The position numbers and the translations under genes are program-made. Below the pieces are notes generated by a model. That model did no database searches. It was not told the origin of the DNA and saw nothing but the letters and a program-made list of their open reading frames with translations. 64,000 nt of DNA from Paraspadella gotoi (lineage: Eukaryota; Animalia; Chaetognatha), in assembly GCA_051294375.1 (NCBI GenBank), contig CM119268.1, positions 18,742,615-18,806,614 of the forward strand. The letters are read 5' to 3'. Of the stretch, positions 1-9,428 are shown piece by piece. How positions within the stretch are numbered: the first letter of the stretch is position 1; each line of letters starts with the position of its first letter.

Positions 1-667
1 TCATGATCATATATATGAACATATTATTATTTTCTAACTTGTTATTCCATACTTTTGGACATATTAAAACAGTATTGTGTACTATCTGTACTAACGTTTC
101 GAGAATTTTCGAAAGAGGTCGAGCCGAAAAGGAAGGCGGACGGATGGGCGCTCAAGCGAGGGAACAGAAAGAACAGGCGCTTGATGGGGAACCATCGAGT
201 CTTCTCTCCCTCACGAGGAACGGAAGCTTAATTTGGAAGGGAATCTGGCGATTAGCGTCACAGACGAAATCAATTGCGATCGATCGACGCGGGTTAATCC
301 GGATTGCAGATGGAAACGGAGTTCGGGAGGCAAGAGACTGAGATTGGAGAAAAGAGGCCCGAGAGTTTGATTGGGTAAATTGGTTAATGTTGTGATTGGA
401 GAAAATAGAGTCTGATTGGAGAAAGAGAATACAAGATCCTCATATCTCATACTTGTGGAGATAAGCTGTGATTGGAAAAAAGAAAAGAATTAAAAAAGAC
501 AATCCTATTGGAAAAAAAGAAAAACGTGTGGAAAATTATAGAGCTTGTTTATTAAATAGGTAATCTTAATATGGTTGTACTGATTGTTGAATGATTATAG
601 AAAAATGGATATTTTATAGCAACGGGAGGATAGCCTGTGATACCCGGGGCGCGGGGTATCTCACCAA

Positions 668-747
668 CTGGCGTAGGGGCTGCGGACCCTCAGTGACCGC
701 CTCCTGTCACTGGCATTTTTATACCGGCACCGTCACATTTAAGCCAG
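668..747 (-). ncRNA. Twister ribozyme, P5-type permutation (copy A1)
   Basis: Minus strand reads P5 CUGGC-uuaa-P2' AUGU-GA-T1 CGG-P1 ugccggua-U^AA-P2 AAAU-GC-P3 CAGUGAC/GUCACUG-P4 AGGG-L4 U CCG CA GC-CCCU-ac-P5' GCCAG. Predicted cleavage 721/720. One P2 mismatch, and L4 has CA where AA is usual. Confidence 0.8.
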
Positions 748-762
748 AAGCGGGATACCCAG

Positions 763-815
763 GGATTGAACCCGGGACGCACGGATGGAATGAGATGATT
801 TAGCCTGCTCAGCCA
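763..815 (-). promoter_or_regulatory. Putative Pol III type-2 internal promoter (A box + B box)
   Basis: Minus strand TGGCTGAGCAGG (815-804) fits TRGCNNARYNGG. GGTTCAATCC (772-763) fits a B box inside a T-arm-like hairpin, 31 nt away. Both motifs are conserved in the copy at 62867-62920. Confidence 0.45.
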
Positions 816-2959
816 TTGAGACGAGGCTGAGGACGGACAGCAGTGAGGCAGCTTTAAGTCTTGCTGCCACAATTTACGGTATTAGGAAAAAGGGAATGAG
901 TTGAAAAAAATAACTTCTTCTAATTTAAAGTGTTTGATTTGAAAATGAATAGAATTTCAGAGGAAAAAATTAAAGGAGACTGAGCAACCAAACCCATGGT
1001 ATAAAGAATGGAACTCGAGATTCCATTCTCGATAAAGTTTTCATAAAGAACCTNNNNNNNNNNNNNNNNNNNNNNNNNNNNNNNNNNNNNNNNNNNNNNN
1101 NNNNNNNNNNNNNNNNNNNNNNNNNNNNNNNNNNNNNNNNNNNNNNNNNNNNNNNNNNNNNNNNNNNNNNNNNNNNNNNNNNNNNNNNNNNNNNNNNNNN
1201 NNNNNNNNNNNNNNNNNNNNNNNNNNNNNNNNNNNNNNNNNNNNNNNNNNNNNNNNNNNNNNNNNNNNNNNNNNNNNNNNNNNNNNNNNNNNNNNNNNNN
1301 NNNNNNNNNNNNNNNNNNNNNNNNNNNNNNNNNNNNNNNNNNNNNNNNNNNNNNNNNNNNNNNNNNNNNNNNNNNNNNNNNNNNNNNNNNNNNNNNNNNN
1401 NNNNNNNNNNNNNNNNNNNNNNNNNNNNNNNNNNNNNNNNNNNNNNNNNNNNNNNNNNNNNNNNNNNNNNNNNNNNNNNNNNNNNNNNNNNNNNNNNNNN
1501 NNNNNNNNNNNNNNNNNNNNNNNNNNNNNNNNNNNNNNNNNNNNNNNNNNNNNNNNNNNNNNNNNNNNNNNNNNNNNNNNNNNNNNNNNNNNNNNNNNNN
1601 NNNNNNNNNNNNNNNNNNNNNNNTCTGAAATTGCAAACGTGTTTCTGTTTTGCTTGTTTTCGTTAAAAAGTAATTTATGTATAATATTTAATAGTTTATA
1701 TACAATAAGTAGTACTGATTGTATATAAAAGTGCATTCATGCATATTTTTTTTATCTCCCCACCATCCCACAAAGCCAAAGGTCATGTCAATATCGAAGT
1801 AGTACAATCGTTACTACTTCTTTTCGCTTTGGGTCGCAAAAGAGTTTTATCGGATTCAATGTTTGTGCCGAATCGGAATCCAGTTGTTGTTGTTGTTGTC
1901 GTCGTTGTTTGCGCCGTTCGAACAGCCTTCCAGGCGATTCTGTTTTCTAAGCGAAAAAAAGTTTGTGCCGACCTGTTTGAGACAAACANNNNNNNNNNNN
2001 NNNNNNNNNNNNNNNNNNNNNNNNNNNNNNNNNNNNNNNNNNNNNNNNNNNNNNNNNNNNNNNNNNNNNNNNNNNNNNNNNNNNNNNNNNNNNNNNNNNN
2101 NNNNNNNNNNNNNNNNNNNNNNNNNNNNNNNNNNNNNNNNNNNNNNNNNNNNNNNNNNNNNNNNNNNNNNNNNNNNNNNNNNNNNNNNNNNNNNNNNNNN
2201 NNNNNNNNNNNNNNNNNNNNNNNNNNNNNNNNNNNNNNNNNNNNNNNNNNNNNNNNNNNNNNNNNNNNNNNTTTTCTCTCTTTTTCTCTGTATTTTCTCA
2301 TTTCCTTCTGTCTTTTTGGGACAAAAAAGTCGATTTTTCGTCCAAAGTGTTTCATCTCAGTCGGTGTTACACTTTCTTTATTTTCTTCACTTTTTTGTTT
2401 TTCTTCATTTCTGTCAGTTTTTCTTTCTTTTTTTTTTTTGCGTCCTTCGCACTTACTCTTCCACGCGTTCTTCTTTCTTATCTCTCCTTTTCTTTCTTCA
2501 CACGACTTTCCTTCGTTTCGTCCTTGACGATTTAAACTTACCTCGACTTAGAAGATTACGTAGTTTAATGTTTTTTCTTATCTTCAACACCTTACCATTT
2601 TTTATGACAAGCTGTATCAGCATTTTATTTCCATTCGACCTTTTCTTCTGCCTTCCTTCCATTTTTCACTTTGATGTTCTTTTACAAATTTACTCTCNNN
2701 NNNNNNNNNNNNNNNNNNNNNNNNNNNNNNNNNNNNNNNNNNNNNNNNNNNNNNNNNNNNNNNNNNNNNNNNNNNNNNNNNNNNNNNNNNNNNNNNNNNN
2801 NNNNNNNNNNNNNNNNNNNNNNNNNNNNTCTCTCTCTCTTTCTCTCTCTCTCTTTCTCTCACTATCGCCCAGTCTCTGTCTCTGTCTCTCTCTTTCTCTC
2901 CCACTTTCACCCTCTGCTGCTCGCTCAGTCTCCGAGCGCAACTTCCTCTGAAAATAAAT

Positions 2960-3255
2960 GATGGATGGACGGATTTAAGAATACATGGATGGATGGATGG
3001 ATAGAAAAATAGCTGGAGAAATGGAAGATGGATGTATGGATGGATATCTGAATTAATAATGAATAGAGATTGAAAAATTAATGAATAATAATTTAATAAA
3101 TAAATTAATGAAACGTTTTACGATTGAATGAATTAATGAATGAATGAATGAAGGAATGAATGAATGAATGAATAAATGAATGAATGAATGAATGAATGAA
3201 TAATTGAATTAATAAATGAATGAATAAAAGAATAAACCAACGCATGAATGAATAA
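2960..3255. repeat. (GGAT)n/(GAAT)n microsatellite tract
   Basis: Direct reading of tetranucleotide repeats. Confidence 0.9.
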
Positions 3256-4042
3256 ATTTATCTACGAGGGATGGAAGGTTGGATCATTCTTCTGATCCCG
3301 TCTTCTCTCTTCTACCTCAGCAATTTTCGTTCCACCCAGAGGCAACGCCCCCTTATCGGCCTTGAAATTCCATCAGCAGGGCCGAAAGAGTGGGGGACTA
3401 GAAATGGGGACCAGAAAAGGGGATGAGTGGGAAATTGACCTACATGGAAAAGGGGAATGGAAGGAGAATTGGTAAGATGGGGATTTTATTGAAATATTAT
3501 GTTATTTCAATAATAGGGAAGCCAGGTACTCTGGGAGTGAATAAACTTAACTGTGAGAGAGTCTTGATTGAAAGCTGGCAGGGTCCTGCTTTGTATTATC
3601 TATTAACTTAACTAACCATAGCCTGTTATGCGAAACATGGCTTATTCTATAAATAAAAGGATATTTTTTATATTGGTTGTAACAATTCCATAAGAAAAAG
3701 AAAGAAAGAAAAACTAGAATTGAATTAAATCGAGAAGTGAAATTGTGAAAGGCAAGTGAGAGAAGCAATGCGACTTTGGGGACCAATTTTAATTGGTAGA
3801 GTGAGGTTGGGGGGGATGGGAGGTCCATGGCTGTGGTGATGGAGACGTCCATGCCCTGGGTGTTGGCGAGTTGCGAGGATATCCGTGGTCATCTCTCATT
3901 ATTATTCCGACTCTCGAAATGGGAAACCGAAATTAAAGCTCGCTCCCACTCAGACGCTCTTATCTCTAAAGGGAGAGAGAGATTGCGAGAGAGAGAGAGA
4001 GAGAAGAAGAGAGGATGAGAGAGATAGCCGAGAGAGCAAGAG

Positions 4043-4096
<54 letters not shown>

Positions 4097-4190
4097 GAGT
4101 GAACGGACACGAAAGAGGCCGAGAATTCTTGGTGGTTGAGTTTGAATTGGTTCAAAGACTGGAGTGGAGACGAGCGAAGAGAGAGAGAGT

Positions 4191-4230
<40 letters not shown>

Positions 4231-4464
4231 TGAGGAAGAGAAGAATATTTAGCATATTTAAGAAGATAAATTAAGCCACTGCAATTGCTTGGTTCTAAGC
4301 TGGTTCTAAATACTTGAAATTTTTTTGCACCCAATTTATTGTCTCCGGCTTGAATCTCTCCAAAAAAACGTTTGCTTCATACTTAATGAATTTTTTTTTT
4401 CAAAAGTTTGTCATCAGGAGAAAACATGAGAAATATTAAAAATATGAGAAACAATAACGGTAAT

Positions 4465-4782
4465 TCCAATGTGTTGCGCCGCAGTGACTTTATTTCCACG
4501 TGTATTTCCCTTTGATCACATGATATGACACGACTAAAAACGTTTTTGCCAGTGTATTTATTACATACACAGCATCCAAGACTTTACTTATTCCTTATAG
4601 TTTTAGGAATTCCTGAAGGGGCGCTAGCAGTCCCTTAGATTTGAGGTTTTTTTCTGTCTTAACAAATGATATGCAATGTTAACATAAGTGGGATAGACCG
4701 ACGGACAGATATTCCGACGGACCGACCGACGGACCGACGGACCGACCGAAATGTATAGAGTTGCTCGCGGCGCAACTAAAAT
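4465..4782 (-). mobile_element. Non-autonomous Helentron/DINE-1-like (HINE-type) element
   Basis: Minus strand starts TTTTAGTTGCGCCGCGAGCAACT (terminal palindrome), then a (GTCG/GTCC)n microsatellite, and ends with the inverted subterminal motif GCGGCGCAAC. Body is homologous to 60845-61192 (e.g. AAGGGACTGCTAGCG, AAATAAAGTCACT). Confidence 0.6.
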
Positions 4783-5576
4783 TTTAAATTCTTTCATTTT
4801 TAAAAAAAAAAATATTTATTTGTTTCAATAACTCCTTTCTTCACTGAATATGTTAGACAGCTGACGGTTTGATTTTGAAATGATGACAATTTAAATCTGT
4901 GATTAGGATAAACGCAAATCAAGATGAGCCGCGATTCCAAGGCTTTGAGACATTTGGCCCAATTATTTTGGCTTAAAGAAGTTGTTGTTCTGCCGAGAAG
5001 GAATTCAGACTTTCAACGACAATAATGTTCTCAAGACAGTTTTGGGGAGGCTTATTTAAAAAACAATTCGAAAGAGAACAAGTAGCCTTGAATTTAAACT
5101 TAAACTTAGTCTTTGAAAATAGCGGGGTTTTTTCAAGCAACGAAGTCTGTGCGTTGAATGAATAAAACGAGATTTTCTCGGAGATGACTCTTTTAACAAC
5201 AACAACTACAACAATGATACGCACGAGCGACGCAAAAAAAAAAAAGCACAATAAATAAAATCAAATAGAATTCTCTTTCTATTTCATTCACGTTTCTATC
5301 TCTCTTTATATCTTTTCTGTTTTTTCTTTTATTTTATAATTCATCTTTTGTATAGCTGTTATCGCTTTTTGTACTTAACTCCTTTTTTTAACTATGCCCT
5401 ACTCCCTCTCTATCTCTCTATCTCTCTCCATCTCTCTCTCACTCGCGCTGGTGAAGCTTCTTGATTAATTATCCTCCACCAGGCCTCTCCGAGCGCCGAA
5501 GCTTTGGCCCCATAGTTTCATTATTATCATCTCTCCCTCGTTATTCATTTCTTCAAAACTCTCTTGGTTTGTTGAC

Positions 5577-5623
<47 letters not shown>

Positions 5624-6924
5624 TTTTCGCTCTATCTCTTCTTTTTCGCTCTATCTCGCATTCAACTCTTTTTAAATTTAAACCTAAATACTTTTCTTCT
5701 TGTCTCAATCTCTTGATAATCCAAGATAATTAATAATTTAATTTAACTTTTAATTTAATTTCTTGATAATTTAAACCTAAATACTTTTCCTCTTGTCTCA
5801 ATCTCTTGATAATCCATTCTCTGCGTTGTTCTGTTACGTATGTTTAAAAGTCTCCGCTGTCTATGTTCTTCTTAATTAGTTTATTTATATTTATTTATTT
5901 ATATCCGTAACCGAACTTTTCTATCCTCTGGAAATAAAAAAAACTACATCGTCATCGAATTTTGCCGAGAGTTTGTGACGAGTCATGGGAGAGATGAAGC
6001 GAATTGGAGGAAAGCTTTACGAGTTCTTTCTCATCAATTTCAGTAACTTTATTCTGACATTTTAGAGAGACAATTATATTACTGTAACCGAAAATCGACT
6101 TGATCTCAGGCTATAATTGTTGAATCGAGGCTGTAAAAAAAAAGAAAGAGTGAGACTGAGTGATAAGTGAAAGAGAGAAAGAGAGAGAGAGAAAGAGAGA
6201 AAAAANNNNNNNNNNNNNNNNNNNNNNNNNNNNNNNNNNNNNNNNNNNNNNNNNNNNNNNNNNNNNNNNNNNNNNNNNNNNNNNNNNNNNNNNNNNNNNN
6301 NNNNNNNNNNNNNNNNNNNNNNNNNNNNNNNNNNNNNNNNNNNNNNNNNNNNNNNNNNNNNNNNNNNNNNNNNNNNNNNNNNNNNNNNNNNNNNNNAGAG
6401 AGAGAGAGAGAGAGATTAAAATTCAAGATTGGCAACAAAAATCGCTTCCCTCCACCGAGACTCAATTGAAAGTTGAAATTTAAAAAAATAAAAAAATAAA
6501 ACGAGAGAATTAAGTGAAACCTGACTCTCCATCGCCTTGAATTTGTCAGTACCGAGTTTTGAAGATAATTTGTTTTGTAAACTTTTATCAAGGAATTGCC
6601 TTCTTTTCACCCTTAAACAGACTATTATTCGGGTGTGTTTTCCATCTTTCTTTCTATTTTAATAAAAAAAAAAAAAAANNNNNNNNNNNNNNNNNNNNNN
6701 NNNNNNNNNNNNNNNNNNNNNNNNNNNNNNNNNNNNNNNNNNNNNNNNNNNNNNNNNNNNNNNNNNNNNNNNNNNNNNNNNNNNNNNNNNNNNNNNNNNN
6801 NNNNNNNNNNNNNNNNNNNNNNNNNNNNNNNNNNNNNNNNNNNNNNNNNNNNNNNNNNNNNNNNNNNNNNNNNNNNNNNNNNNNNNNNNNNNNNNNNNNN
6901 NNNNNNNNNNNNNNNNNNNNNNNN

Positions 6925-6961
<37 letters not shown>

Positions 6962-7414
6962 ATCCATTGATTTTTTTCGGGCTACGCGCAAAAGCTTTGC
7001 CCGTGACACATTGACTAGCATCTGAACTGCAAAGTCAATTGGAGAGAGCCAAAGGATGTAAGAGAGAGATAGAGAGAGAAAGTGAGTGAGAGAGAGAAAG
7101 AGAGAGAGATAGAGAGCACATTTGAAGACTGTGTGCGCTAATAAAAAGATATTTCTTAAACATTTTTAAAAGAAAATTATTTAAAAAAAAAAAGAGGCTT
7201 AGAAAAGAATAAGCTAAAATACATCGGTAATTACATGGACGATCACGTGACTACATAACTATGTAATATATGTATAACAAATGTTCTATGGTTTAATCAC
7301 TTATATGCAAAGTTTTAACCAAAACAACCAAATATTATACAAAATCACAATATCTACAAAATATACTATGGCAACAGCCGGGTTGCCTGTGATGCCCATT
7401 GGGATGGGGCAGAT

Positions 7415-7498
7415 GTTAGCTTTTGGGGGCTTCCGACCCTTAGTGACGCGCTCCAGTAACTGGCGCGGTTACCCTAGGACGGTCTCCGCTTTGCCAAC
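7415..7498 (-). ncRNA. Twister ribozyme, P5-type permutation (copy B1)
   Basis: Minus strand reads GUUGGC-aaa-GCGG-a-GA-CCG-UCC ua GGG-U^AA-CCGC-GC-P3 CAGUUAC/GUCACUA-AGGG-U CGG AA GC-CCC-caaaa-GCUAAC. Canonical L4 with T1 CGG/CCG. Predicted cleavage 7471/7470. One extra A before GA. Confidence 0.8.
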
Positions 7499-7891
7499 GC
7501 AGAGGGAAGTCGTTAGGACTTGGATGAACACTACGCTTGGGATGTGTGTTCCCCTCTGAGCCAATGGATTTGGCTGAAGGACGGTGGATGTGAGGCAGTG
7601 TGAATATACCACCACAGGATCCCCGGGCCAAGACATCACTCAGGTTCCTCAAGCCAGAGAGGTGTCTTGACAAGACTGTTACCATAGTGGGAGAGAGAGG
7701 AGAGCGCGAGTTGGGGGGGATAGGCGTTTGTTGTAGCGACTACCCAAGGGGTATAGGCGTTTGTCTTATACGCAGATACCGAAGTCGGAGCATAGTCGTC
7801 GTAGCGTACCCTGAGAGGTGCGTGTTTGATAGTAGCACCACTTATGGCAACAGCCGGGTTGCCTGTGATGCCCATTGGGATGGGGCACTCA

Positions 7892-7962
7892 GTTGGCTGG
7901 GCTTCCGACCCTCAGTGACGCTCCAGTCACGGAGCCACAAGGACGGTTCTCGCTTTTCCAAC
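7892..7962 (-). ncRNA. Degenerate twister ribozyme (copy B2)
   Basis: Retains P5, P3, L4 (U CGG AA GC) and the T1 partner CCG, but the UAA cleavage motif and P2 strand are missing as assembled. Confidence 0.5.
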
Positions 7963-8319
7963 GCAGAGGGAAGTCGTTAGGACTGGTAATGGACAACCGG
8001 AGGTGCGCCTGAGCCATGGATTGGAAGGCCAAGGAGGAGCATAGTGGAAACCGCCACAATACCATATTTATTTTATGATTATGCGACTGTATTTTTATTT
8101 TGTCATGTGATAAAGGAAGTATGATACATAAGCACAAGAAGCATTTACTTATTAACTTAACTTATTAGTCTCCAAAATGTCTAAGTCTTTCATGTATTAG
8201 GCAAATCATCATATGATCGCTTTTTGATTATGTGAATGTACAAGTATGATACATATGCATATGAAAGATCTTTTGGTACGTCACCCTCCTACCGAATGAT
8301 AACTTCATTGATGCTGTAT

Positions 8320-8385
8320 TACCGACCGACCGACCGAAAAATCATTTTTAGTTGCTCCGCGAGTACACGCGGCGCAACTAAAAAA
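8320..8385. repeat. HINE-related terminal palindrome with (ACCG)n
   Basis: TTTTAGTTGC...GCAACTAAAA inverted repeat; the end CGCGGCGCAACTAAAA matches the end of the element at 4465-4782. Confidence 0.5.
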
Positions 8386-9428
8386 AGAGGAAGGCGTCGA
8401 CTGGGATAGACTTAAGTCCATTCGTCAACCGACGAAGTCTAAAGTCTAAACGACCGAAATCTCTTAATCTTGTTTTCAATTCGGCCGCGCCTGAGACGAA
8501 GCGATTCTCGGCTTAATCGAAGTCAAGTGTAGCTATCGATGATTATCATTGGGAGAGATGTAGATCGAGAAGTCAGCAAACAGGTGGAAAATAGGGAAGA
8601 ACAAATGAATTGATTCGTGTTAATTGGGTCTGAGAAGATGGGAAGGGGAAGAAACGGTAGGAAACTTCAAATATACATAGAAAAGAATAATAGGAAATTA
8701 ACTAAATTAAAAGTTTAGTCAAATGAAAATTAAAAAAAAGTTAAAGAGGAAAAGAGCAAAATAGGAAAATAAATATAAAATTAATATGAATATGGAAAGG
8801 GAAATGAAATTAAGCGTGTGAAAAATACAGGAAGAAAAAATATTAAAACTCTAAACTTTAAATGAATTTAGTTATGTAGGGCAGACTAAAAAGAGAAAAG
8901 AACATTAAAGGGAGGAAAGAAAAGAAAGAAAACGCGATTAAAAAGACATAAAAAAGGATCCCGAAAGGTCGCACCATGGCCTTCGGTTGACCTTTTGTTT
9001 GGCCTCAAAGTCACAAACCGGCGAAAGTTCGGAAGAAAAACAGAGTCCTTTTCCTTCTCGTAAAATCTCCGTTAAAAAGAATTAAGCGAGACGTTATTTT
9101 TTCGCTTTCATGAAATATTTATAAGGCTCCGTTAATTACCATAAATCTTTGTCGTAAAAAGTTGGAAAAGCTTCGAGAAGATTCCAGAATATCTCACGGT
9201 TGAACTTTTTCAACTCTGCGTTGATAACTGTTTTTCTTGTTCTTCTTCTTTCTACTTTTTCTACTAACTGTAATTTTATTATTTTGTATTTTCACTTATC
9301 ATTATTTATCTTTTATTCTCTTCATTCCAGGCGAACTCATGCATCCGCAATCTTCCTCTATACTCTAATGACCTTTCGCACCGGAGAGATTCTCACTCCA
9401 ACAGACAACTCCCCCCCTTTTCACGCTC

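Larger units (their letters stand above)
617..873 (-). mobile_element. Twister-ribozyme-bearing structured repeat, subfamily A copy 1 (SINE/retrozyme-like)
   Basis: GC-rich island in AT-rich DNA, nearly identical to 62730-62978 and motif-colinear with 7367-7617 and 7843-8060. Minus-strand helices: UUGUGG/UCACAG closing helix, GGCAGC/GCUGCC, UCAGCC/GGCUGA, CUCACUG/UGGUGAG and GAUACCC/GGGUAUC. Confidence 0.75.
7367..8060 (-). mobile_element. Head-to-tail tandem (476-bp period) of twister-bearing repeat, subfamily B
   Basis: TATGGCAACAGCCGGGTTGCCTGTGATGCCCATTGGGATGGGGCA occurs at 7367 and 7843. Downstream blocks are also repeated (GGGCTTCCGACCCT.AGTGACG, CCAACGCAGAGGGAAGTCGTTAGGACT). The second unit ends at CCACAAT like subfamily A. 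Confidence 0.75.

Noticed and set aside
3-341. 112-aa ORF over a GC-richer patch, followed by about seven ATTGG (CCAAT) motifs at 343-511
   Set aside because: No recognisable domain or splice signals; the ATTGG cluster looks like a degenerate short repeat.
827-860. CUGAGGA on the plus strand of the twister element as a possible ambisense hammerhead
   Set aside because: No downstream GAAA or stem II/III, and the motif is not conserved in copy A2.
3349-3397. Hairpin TCGGCCTT/AGGGCCGA followed by AAG
   Set aside because: No CUGANGA core and a single copy; a plain hairpin.
7586-7596. GGATGTGAGGC resembling the 7SK 5' end; GCCTGT.AT.CC resembling 7SL/Alu
   Set aside because: Short matches only; no other 7SK or SRP helices, and the twister fold explains the conserved core.
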